From Eledone cirrhosa (taxonomy: Eukaryota), in contig OZ024740.1 of assembly GCA_964016885.1 (NCBI GenBank), positions 304,420,001 through 304,484,000 of the forward strand: a stretch of 64,000 nucleotides of DNA, written 5' to 3'. The first letter of the stretch is position 1; each line of letters opens with the position of its first letter. The notes under the pieces are model-generated. The model saw only the letters and a program-made list of their open reading frames with translations, was not told where the DNA came from and searched no databases. The translations under genes were made by a program, and so were the position numbers. This document shows, piece after piece, positions 52,541 through 62,842 of the stretch.

Positions 52541-53898
52541 AGAATTATGAGGGATTTACTAAAATTATTAATTATTGTATTACTAAGATAGTAACTTAAT
52601 GTAAGGTTCTTATATAAAATTATGTTGGAAGATTTTAATTTAAATTGGATATCTTTAAAATGGGTGATTTTATTTCATAGAACCAGAGCCAGTTTTACTA
52701 GAATTATTAATTATTTCATTACTAAGATAATAACTTAATGTAAGGTTCTTATATAAAGTTATGTTGGAAGATTTTAATTTAAATTAGAAACCTGTAAAAT
52801 GGGTGGGTTTTATTTCATAGAACCAGCGCTAGGTTTGGCCAGGTTGATAAGATAGTAACTTAATCTAAGGTTCTTATATAAAATTATGTTGTAAGATTTA
52901 AATTTAAATTAGAAACCTGTAAAATTGGTGATTTTAGTTCATAGAGCCAGAGCTGGTTTTGGCTGGATAGGTAACTAAAGGGTTAAAGATAACAACATAT
53001 ATCATCATAGATGTGATAGTATAACTCATGAACAATATTTGGAGGAGCAAGGAGTTAAATTGTTGTGGAATCAGATATAAGATAAAAGATTTACAAACTA
53101 GTAAGAATCAGCCATTGAACAAGAAAAGAAGTTACCAGAGATTTTGAAAACCCAAGGAAGATAGGAGTGTACTTAGTCTAGAAATCTTCTACTCTAGCCT
53201 CCACACCATTTATTTCTAAAGATCAAGATATATTCCTGCAGTGAGAGAGAGATTGAATAGTTTGATAGGAATAAGAGTTAACTTTGGGACAGCATTTTGT
53301 ATGCTATTGTTGGGTTGAATATTGTAATATCTTGTTTTAGTGTGTTAATAGTGCAGTAAACGAAGGATGTTGTCTTGTTTTATTTAGTCCAAATTTGTAG
53401 CAGATATTTAAAAAAAAATAAAAAAAATAAAAAAAACTTTGGCAAATAGCTATGTCTTATTTTATATAATGATAACAGTCCAAATTTTAGCAGTTATTTT
53501 TGGAAACATCTTTTAAAATTTTTGCAAATGGCTAGAAATGAAGTACTATGAGAAACCCCAAAAAATCATTTTTCAGGGTTAAAAAACATTTTCTACTTCT
53601 TGATTTCAACATTGTCTTAGTGGTTATCGAAAGTGTCCACACTTATAAGCGCTTTTCATTGAATTAATATTTTTTTCACTGTTACCTTTATGGTATATTT
53701 AGAAGGATGATGATGATGCATGTGAAGTCCTTGCCATGCAGGTAAAGGCTTTACTTCATTTGAACTGATGAAGCTTCACACAACTGAAAATAAATATAAT
53801 TCGACATTTCGTCGAAAATATGACTATTATGTCATTTTTTTTCTTTTTCGTCATGAGTATTGCAACTGTCTTTGAGACATACTTATTATTTTTCTCAG

Positions 53899-54074
53899 GA
53901 AAGAATTGTCAACAACTGAGAAAGATGGGAAAGAGGTGAAAAAGGATTCAAATAAAGAAACTACAGAAAAAGATACAGTAAAGAAAGAAGAAAAGCCTCC
54001 TGAGAAAGACCCAAAGAAAGAAGTGAAAGATGAGGAAAAGAAGAAAGATGCCAACAAATTAAATGATACAATAC
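53899..54074 (+). CDS. APLF: APLF-like gene, exon 4 (K/E-rich linker)
   Basis: TTTTTCTCAG acceptor; phase 2 matches exon 3; KELSTTEKDGKEVKKDSNKETTEKDTVKKEEKPPEKDPKKEVKDEEKKKDANKLNDTI; GTATGT donor, phase 1. Confidence 0.75.
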
Positions 54075-54204
54075 GTATGTATTCAATTGTGATGTTAAGC
54101 AATGATTGTAGAAACAGAAACATTATTGTGAAGTATGAGAAAAACAACATGAAAACATTGGCACAGAAAAATAGGTCAGACAATGGATGTTTACTTTGTA
54201 CTTA

Positions 54205-54436
54205 GTCTGTTTAACTGACCACTAATGTGGTGCCATATGTCTGCTTGATCAGGGCTAGTTGTTCAACTGACCTCTGATGAGGGGCCATAAGTCTGCTTGA
54301 TCAGGGTTCAACCTGACCACTGATGTCCCATAAGTCTGCTTGACCAGGGTTATTTGTTCAACTGACAACTGATGTGGTCACGTAGGTCTGCTTGATCAGG
54401 GTTGGTTGTTCAACTGACCACTGATGTGGTCACATA
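54205..54436. repeat. About 40-50 bp tandem repeat, about 5 copies
   Basis: TGTTCAACTGACCACTGATGTGGTCAC.TA.GTCTGCTTGATCAGGG unit. Confidence 0.85.
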
Positions 54437-56081
54437 ATTGATATTGATAATGGATTATGGTGTAGGAGGAGGAAAGTTAGAGAAAGGTAATGATAATAGG
54501 TGAGAGTGTAGTGCTAGAGGGTATAGGTAAAAAGATAGGTAGAATAATAAGGAACAAGAACCTAATATTGGGTGATAGAGTACAGACAAAATAAATTCAC
54601 TTCTTGATTCAGTTGGCATGATTGATATTTGAACTGGAATTGGTATCTAATTGTCCTTTTTGGGTTTTGTTTTTAATGAATTACAACTTTCAGTTTTTAG
54701 AAGTTTTCTGACATAATATTTTTTTTTTTTTCAGTTTAAATATATAAAAACATTTACATATAAAAACAATTACAAACATTCAGCCTTGATTTCTATACCT
54801 GGTTTAACTCTTTAGTATTTAAACTGGCTGCATCCACCCAAAATTATCTCACCTCTTTCTGTTCAAACCAGCCTTAACCTGGCCATTCATACTAATGTTA
54901 AGGTATTGTTCTCAAAATAAATAATATCAAAATCTCATAGATTCCATATTATGTGAGGTAAAGCTTTTACTGTGAAAATAGAATAGTGTATATAGAGTAA
55001 TGTAAATGTTAAACCAAATTTATTTAACCCCTTTGATACCAAAGTACCTGAAGCCACTCTGGTTTTATAATGCACAGTTGTATATTTTAATGTGTTTATA
55101 TTCATCTAAAAGCCTTTCATCATAATTTTATGTAAGAACCTTTGTTAAGTTATGTCTCAAACACCAGCTTAACGATAAGAAAGTTAGTTATATTACTAAA
55201 TCTTTCCAAATATTTGATTATTTTCAAGATTATTTGAAAATCATAGACAGTGTCTTTCATTAGTAATATGATAACAAAAGGGTTATCTAAACACCAGCTT
55301 AATGAGGAAGCTAGTTATATTATAAAAATCATAGGCAGTGTCTTTGATTAGAAATATGGTAATGAAAGGGTTAATTTTCACCACTAAATGCCCTTAAAAA
55401 AGGCTTGAATGGCTAACAGTCTTATTGCTCACATTTCTAACTTTGTAACCTTCTGCTGACACAGAGCCTGGAAGAGTTCAGTGAACTCTTAACCTTTACT
55501 CAATAACAAGAACATGTCAAGTCAATTCTATGAAACTACTGTTTTTTTCTTGTTTACTTTACAATGTGACAGACAATCACAGAAATATTGTGTCAGCTTG
55601 TTTTGTTTGACATTTGCCATGGCTGTCTTTAGTGCTGTATGTAAAGTCAAACAGACTATACCTTTAAGATATGAGCTGTCATTTATGCTCTTATTATTTT
55701 GATAGCAATTGTCACTATACATCTGATGAAATTTGCTGATTAATCATATTTCTAATGAAATACACTTTTTTTCAATTAATTTTGTCAAGTTATATTTTTC
55801 AATTAATTTTGTCAAATTATATTAAAAAAATCATCTTAATAAACAGGAATTTAGACATTTTACTAAACCATTTTGAATTTTTTATCCTATAAAATGAAAG
55901 GAAACACACACACACACACAGTGTATTTTATTAGAAATATGTCCACGAAAAGGTTAAGGGTGCCAGCTTCTTGATGCCAAAGGGTCATCTGTTTCTGTTA
56001 TCCTTGATACTACACCTTATTCCTGGCAAATATAATTTAACCCTTCACGCATGGATATCAAAGCAGTGAGTTGCATTTTAT

Positions 56082-56309
56082 GAGACAGCTCAAAGCATAG
56101 GAGAAAGAATAGACCAACACTGGGGGGAACTAAAAGGACAAAAAAACGGTTCAGTTCTATACGAACACGCCAGACAAAGACATGACGGTAATATAGACAG
56201 CATAGAAATTAAAATAATATCGAAACATAGAAATGACTCAACAGGTAGGCAAATCAGAGAAGCAACCGAGATAGAGCTAAGAAGACCAAAGTTAAACAGA
56301 AAAAAATGA
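56082..56309 (+). mobile_element. Penelope-like element GIY-YIG endonuclease C-terminal fragment
   Basis: ETAQSIGERIDQHWGELKGQKNGSVLYEHARQRHDGNIDSIEIKIISKHRNDSTGRQIREATEIELRRPKLNRKK* fits the PLE pattern (G)ET......R...H...S.L..H....H...R.I.EA..I....P.LN. Not in the ORF track. Confidence 0.8.
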
Positions 56310-57079
56310 AAGGAATAACAACAACAACCAAACCCAAACAAACAATACTGACTTAAGTGAAATATAAATAAATAAATAAAATTAAAATGGCATAGATATT
56401 ACAATACAATACAATAGGAGGGACCACAAGAACTTTGATAGACTATATATATATATTTATATCTGTATTTTTAACCATTGGTCAATCAATGATAAACATT
56501 GATTGCCAAATAAATTAACTATGGAGATATAAAAGATACAGAAGCGAAAGCCAACCAAACAGTGAGTGTGTTCTGTTATTATTTCTGGAAATATTATTAC
56601 AACAATATGACCCTCCCCAACTATAACAATATTTGCTTCGATACACGATTTCATATCAAAAACCTTGCAAAACAAATATATATATATATAAAATAAATAA
56701 GTCAAATATTTAAAATTTGGCTTCGTTTATTAAAGGTGTACTGCTATATATTAATAAACGAAGCCAAATTTTAAATTTATTTTATTTTACATTACTCCGG
56801 AGTAACCAAACCAACTTGCGCACTTCGTCAAGTGCTCCAATCTGCATACTGAGGTGTCGGTAAACAACCAACATATACTCAAAATATATATATATATAGT
56901 TGTTATATAGTAAGGTGTATTATTGGTTGTGTCATACGGTCCAATAAACTTTTGTTAGCAATATTAAGTTCTCCACACTTTTGTATATCTCCAATTCCAT
57001 TTATGGGAACAGCTAGATGATGTAAAACGGAGTATTTGTATCAGAATAAAGATCCGAAGGCATGGTATTAATTTCCAAT

Positions 57080-57166
57080 CATTTTAATCACGACACATGT
57101 TTCAATAAGAGATAGATCAATCGTGCGGCCATGATCGATTATCACTGATCTCGTCAGGTGAAAATG
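57080..57166 (-). ncRNA. Mirror hammerhead motif on the - strand
   Basis: The reverse complement reads CATTTTCAC-CTGACGA-GATCAGTGATAATCGATCATGGCCGCACGATTGATCTATCTCTTATT-GAAACATGTGTC-GTGATTAAAATG. Confidence 0.72.
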
Positions 57167-57783
57167 AATTGTCTTCAAATCCTTGATATGAGGGAGAAAA
57201 TTTAACGATGTTCACTCACTAGAGTTTTGTCCCCTATATGAAGATTAAGCAGCCAAAACACGCCGGCTGCTATCGTCCTCAGTTAGGGTCATAAAACTAT
57301 CAAGTCTCTATCTCCCAATAGCTGTAAAAGTCGCTGGACGGGTCTAATCTCAACATCAAATCTTTAGAATTACAGTCAGTCACAGTTAGTGTGAGTGAGT
57401 ACACACACACCAACGCGAGGTTGAAGAAAAAAAAATATATATACAAACCAACATAGTATTAGAGTTTTGTAAACTAACTTTCAGTGAACACTATGTTGGT
57501 TTGTATATATATATATTTTTTTTCTTCAACCTCGTGTTGGTGTGTGTGTACTCACTTACACTAACTGTGACCGACTGTAATTCTAAAGATTTGATGTTGA
57601 GATTAGACCCGTCCAGCGACTTTTACAGCTATTGGGAGATAGAGATTTGATAGTTTTATGACCCTAACGGAGGACGATAGCAGCCAGCGTGTTTTGGCTG
57701 CTTAATCTTCATATAGGGGACAAAACTCTAGTGAGTGAACATCGTTAAATTTTCTCCCTCATATCAAGGATTTGAAGACAATT

Positions 57784-57868
57784 CATTTTCACCTGACGAG
57801 ATCAGTGATAAACGATCATGGCCGCACGAACGATCTATCTCTTATTGAAACGTGTCGTGATTAAAATG
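57784..57868 (+). ncRNA. Type I hammerhead ribozyme motif with a canonical core (sense to the APLF pre-mRNA)
   Basis: Stem I TCAC/GTGA (extendable with CATTTT/AAAATG); CTGACGA 57793-57799; 47-nt stem II closed by GAT/ATT, AG/CT and GATA/TATC; GAAA 57847-57850; self-complementary stem III ACGTGT; GUC site ending at 57856. Confidence 0.75.
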
Positions 57869-58609
57869 ATTGGAAATTTATACCATGCCTTTGGATCTTT
57901 ATTCTGATATATATATATATACACCACTGGTATGGGGTAAACATGTTATCAAGTTCCAGCCATCATATTACATAGTTTCTGTGTAATAAAAACTTGTATC
58001 TATTAGCTGCAACGACTACCATCCCATTACGTAATAGGCTGTGCTCTGCCCTTCTTTGCATTTCCTGGACTATGAATCCCCTTTTGAGATTATAGCTTCT
58101 ATGGATGTATTCTTATATAAATTCTATTAACTCTTTCATGATTGTCTTTCTAATGAAATATATTCTATTTCAATTAATTAATGAAGAATTTCATTACTAA
58201 GATAGTAACCTAATGTAAGGTTCTTATATAAAATTATATTGAAAGATTTTAATTTAAATTGGAAACCTTTAAAATGGGTGGTTGTATTTCATTGAACCAG
58301 AACTGATTTTGGCCGGGTTGGTAACTAAAGGGTTAATTCAAAATCTCTGTGGTATTTATATCATTTTCTCAGATATCGAGGTGTGTTTATTTTTCTATGA
58401 ACTAGTCATGCAAATCCTCAAACTTAGAAAGACTATTTGATATCAGGCAAACAACATTTTCACATAATTTCTTTTTCTTCTAATATTGAAAAATATTTTT
58501 TAATTTCTGCACCATCTTGAATGCCACTGTCCAGTGCACTTTTAGTAGCTTTACACTAGACTTCTCATTGGTTTTATTGCTATTGAAGAAAATGTATTTT
58601 TCTTTGTAG

Positions 58610-58683
58610 CTACAGAAGCTTCCAAAGAGACATCACCTGAAGCTGCAGCATCAAAAGACAACACTAATGCTGCAGTAAAACAG
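58610..58683 (+). CDS. APLF: APLF-like gene, exon 5
   Basis: TTTCTTTGTAG acceptor; phase 1 matches; PTEASKETSPEAAASKDNTNAAVKQ; GTATGT donor, phase 0. Confidence 0.72.
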
Positions 58684-58796
58684 GTATGTATTTGTCTACT
58701 TATTAGTTTTCCATTTTGTTTACCTTTACCTTCTCTCTTTCTCTCAGTGAATGTATTTTTCAAAACAATGCTTCACACCTGACCCATCACAGACAC

Positions 58797-59067
58797 TTTA
58801 CACAGGTGACAGAATCCTTTAAGCAGGTGACAGAATCCTTTACACAGCTGACAGAATCCTTTACACAGCTGACAGAATCCTTTACACAGCTGACAGAATC
58901 CTTTAAGCAGGTGACAGAATCCTTTACACAGCTGACAGAATCCTTTACACAGGTGACAGAATCCTTTAAGCAGGTGACAGAATCCTTTACACAGCTGACA
59001 GAATCCTTTACACAGCTGACAGAATCCTTTACATAGCTGACAGAATCCTTTACACATCTGACAGAAT
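58797..59067. repeat. 21-bp minisatellite, about 13 copies
   Basis: TTTACACAG(C/G)TGACAGAATCC with a TTTAAGCAGG variant. Confidence 0.96.
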
Positions 59068-60784
59068 GCATTATCTAAGGCAGGTCTTTCTCCCATCCTG
59101 CATACAAACTAAAACTCATCACTCAAAAACCTCCTCAAGTGATCCTCTCATAGTTTCACTTCAGTAGTTAGGCAAAGAAAACGACCATAAATGCCTCGAG
59201 AAAATCACTGACCCCTGCTAACTGGATGTCACTGCAATTCATGAAAGACCATCATCTGAACCATGAAGGATGCTTCCATGCACCATACAGCCCACAGGTT
59301 AAACCCCTGCTCCCAAATTTAGACCCTTGCTAAACTGATCCCTACCTACTTCCACTTGTCAGCTATGATGGCTCTCTTAGCAGTATGCATGTACACACGC
59401 ACACACAGAGAAAGTCTCTACATTTGCTGCCCACTTTTTATCCAATTCCAAATTATACTAAATCTCTAAAACTATCCCTTTTCACTTCACCCGTCTCACC
59501 ACTATTTGCACACATATATCAAGCACAAAGACACCTGTATTTGCTTCAAACCACCTCTCACATTGTCCCTTCCAGTACCCACCAAAAACTGCACTCAAGA
59601 GCTAGCCCCTATCCTCATCAAACTTTCCAATCTCACTGTATCTACAGAGATATATTCCAATCTTTGGAAACTCACTAGTGTGTCCCATTTTCAAGTAGGT
59701 CAACTCCTTTAACTAATGTTTTATCATACCTTTTATCCATCTCCTACATTGATGACCATCAGACTATTCAAAGAAAGGCTACCTGACTGATTGACATAAA
59801 GTCACTCTAACATACTCAAGTTTGTGTCCCACAGACACCTTGTCTCCTGTTTCTACTTTTTCCATGTTACTACAATGACCTCTGATCCTCAGCTGGCTTG
59901 TCTTGTACCATCACCACTCACACACTCCTAACTCATTCATTTTCCCTCTTTTCCTTCTGTAGTACTTTGAATAAATATTTTGTTGTTGCTATTGTGGTAA
60001 GGTCACTCAAATATAATGATATTCCTTTTTTTAATTATTTGCCAATTCAGTTTTAATTAGGAAAGTGGACATTTTGTGAAACTTTAACCTCCAACTCACC
60101 ATGTCCTTTCTTAATTATATCTTGAGTTCAGCTTTCATATTTAGGTCGGGTTTGATAACTAAAACAGAAGACATCACTATTAAGTTGAAACTAATCAGTA
60201 GAGCATCATAAAAAATACTTTGTGGTATTTGGTTACATCTGTTACATTCTTAGTTCAAAACCAACACAGTTTAACTTGGACTTTAATCCTTCTGAAGTTG
60301 ATGTAATTAATTATTAAAATAAGTACTTGGATTGATGTAAACAAATATTCTCTAGGAAGCAGTATCACAGTCTAATTATTGAAACTATTAAAAGAATTTA
60401 AAAAATGAAATGACTGCTTAAATATGTTTTCTCATAAATATGTATGTAGAAATGTATTTATTATTGTCATCTTTGAAGAGATTATTACTTAAACTAACTG
60501 TGTGACCATCATTTCATCATCATCACAATTTAACGCTTATTTTTCCATGCTTGCATGGGTTAGATGGGTCACCCACATTATACAAATCTGGCCAGTTGGC
60601 CGCACCATACCTTGCTGAGTTTTTTACAGTTGGATGGTCTGTAAGCTGATGTTTCACCATTAAATATTTGTAACCATTGGGGATATGTTGTTGATGCTAC
60701 TTTCTATAACAACTCTAACAACAATATTGAAGGATTCTCTCTCTCTCAATTCTCATTTTAAGTTCAAAGAACTGTTCAATCACT

Positions 60785-61137
60785 GACCACTATCATCATC
60801 ACCACCATTGTCACCATCACCATACCCACTACTGCCATAACCATCACTAACATCACCTCAACCACCATTGTCACCACCACCATAACCACTATTATCACTA
60901 TAAACATCACTACCACCACCACCATAACCACTATTACCATTACCATCATAACCACCTACTGCCACTACCACCATAACCACTACTGCCACTACCACTATAA
61001 CCACTATTGCCTCTACCACTATAACCACTACTGCCTCTACTACCATAACCACTACTGCCATTACCACCATAACTATCACTACCACCACCACCACCACCAC
61101 TATTGCCACAGCCACCATCAACATCATCCTCATCATC
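60785..61137. repeat. Degenerate (CAC/TAC/CAT)n triplet repeat
   Basis: Directly visible. Confidence 0.9.
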
Positions 61138-61768
61138 TGGCATCCACTTTTCCATTCTGTCATGGTTGCACATATGTAACATTCAACTCTTTTCTCTTTT
61201 TCTAACCATTGATGTTGCACCCATGACACAGATCTGATATATCAATACCATACCATCAGCCGCTGATGGTATGGTATGTTGGTGATTCTTGTATCTCTGT
61301 TCATTCATTTATGTCACTTAACCCTGTCTCTGGTTCTGTGACAAAACTAACCATTTTAAAGTGTACATATCTAGATTAAAATCTTCCATCATAATTTTAT
61401 GTAAGATTTTTGTTGTTGTTATGTTTTAAGCACCAACTTGACCCAGAGAGCAGAAGAGCTCTGCAAAGTTTAAAAATGCTCTAGAGATGCTGTATGTCAA
61501 TGTGGCACCTCTACAACTCCCTCAGCAGTTACAGATCCATACATACAATACAAACACCAACTTAATGAAAACAATTATTTTATAAAAAGAAATCACAAAA
61601 AAACTTTCAAATTGTTAATTAATTTCAAAATTAACCGAAACAAATTCAATGCATTTGTTGAAATATATGTTGATGAAAGGGTTAACTGTTTCCACTTAGA
61701 ATGGTTGTTGTGTTATTGGAGAGTTCCATGTGTTACTTAAGACTCTCTCATATTTATGTGTATTTCAG

Positions 61769-61937
61769 GAAGAAAAAGCCAGCCCCACATCTAAAGAGGA
61801 CACCAAAAAAGACACATCTGATGCTGCTAACTCCAAAAAACGAAAACTTTCTGAAGCAGCAGATAACACTAGTGAGACACCGACCCCAGATACACCTGAA
61901 CAGAAAGAGAAACCACAAAAAGCAAATACACGAAGTG
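61769..61937 (+). CDS. APLF: APLF-like gene, exon 6 (contains an NLS-like KKRK); gene continues beyond the window
   Basis: TATTTCAG acceptor; phase 0 matches; EEKASPTSKEDTKKDTSDAANSKKRKLSEAADNTSETPTPDTPEQKEKPQKANTRS; GTTAGT donor, phase 1. Confidence 0.72.
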
Positions 61938-61982
61938 GTTAGTTATTTTTTATTATCTTTAATAACTAGTGTTAGTGTTATG

Positions 61983-62500
61983 ATATAATACATCCAGCCC
62001 ACTCTGTAAACTAGTAGTGCTGGTGCCACAATAAAATACATCTAGTCCACTCTGTAAAGTGGTAGTGCTGGTACCATGATGAAATGTATCCATCCAGCCC
62101 TCTCTGTAAAGTGGTAGTGCTGATACTGCAATAAAATACATCCAGTCTACAATAAAATGCATCCAGTCCTCTCTAAAGTGGTAGTGCTGGTATCATGATG
62201 AAATGTATCCAGCCCCCTCTGTAAAGTGGTAGTGTTGGTACTATGATGAAATGTATCCAGCCCCCTCTGTAAAGTGGTAGTGCTGGTACTATGATGAAAT
62301 GTATCCAACCCCCTCTGTAAAGTGGTAGTGCTGGTACTATGATGAAATGTATCCAGCCCCCTCTGTAAAGTGGTAGTGCTGTTGTTGCAACAAAAAGCAT
62401 CTAGTCCACCCTTTAATGTGGTAGTTTCAGAGTCACGATAAAATATTCCTTGTACATATTGTAAAGGGATTGGCATTAGGAAGGACATCCAGCTGTAGAA
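61983..62500 (+). repeat. About 41-bp tandem array expanded from the RTE/SINE 3' repeat unit
   Basis: ATCCAGCCCCCTCTGTAAAGTGGTAGTGCTGGTACTATGATGAAATGT-like units, about 11, ending in TGGCATTAGGAAGGACATCCAGCTGTAGAA. Confidence 0.88.
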
Positions 62501-62842
62501 CCCAAGCCCCCAAATGGATCATACGAGCCAGTCACAGAGAAAAACAGTTGGCATACATATGTTTATGTATATGTGTGAAATAATCACCCCAGATATTTAA
62601 GCATCTTATTTATGTAGAATTTGAATTTTTCGGGGTAACATATTCCTCAGCTTATATTTGAGTATATATAGTGATTGGAATAGAGTATATTTCGTTAGAA
62701 ATATGGTCAAGAAAGGGTTAACATGCTATACTACATATTCCCCATTTCCTCATGACTGGACATATGTGTTTGACACCTTACTTCACAATTGAGTGATTAG
62801 CAGTAGGAAGAAGGTTTAGCTGTGAAAAACCATTGCTCCTGC

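Larger units (their letters stand above)
57039..57909. repeat. About 420-bp near-perfect inverted repeat with a 32-nt loop (arms 57039-57457 and 57490-57909)
   Basis: The arms are reverse complements with roughly a dozen differences by eye; the right end abuts (TA)n. Confidence 0.96.

Noticed and set aside
49225-52560. TSD for the large RTE
   Set aside because: No clear duplication. The 3' flank is MITE sequence and the 5' flank matches the MITE only over a short AT-rich stretch, so nesting is plausible but unproven.
47767-53208. DNA transposon with 40-bp TIRs that captured exon 3
   Set aside because: No target-site duplication or transposase, and exon 3 is in its expected order and phase. 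Kept only as an inverted-repeat finding.
53703-53741. 39-nt AG...GT segment reading KDDDDACEVLAMQ, a candidate extra APLF exon
   Set aside because: That reading needs phase 0-0, but the flanking exons join in phase 2, where it reads RMMMMHVKSLPC. Not called without transcript data, though it would preserve frame.
56850-56885. CTGAGGTGTCGGTAAACAACC hammerhead-like fragment
   Set aside because: A9 and GAAA are missing; too degenerate to support.
57240-57300. Second hammerhead core (CTGAGGA on the - strand) in the 57-kb arms
   Set aside because: No properly placed GAAA...UH with a closing stem I, and the mirror arm reads CGGAGGA.
60858-61229. Gly/Ser/Tyr-rich ORFs resembling structural proteins
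   Set aside because: Translations of a degenerate triplet repeat, antisense within an intron, with no splice support.
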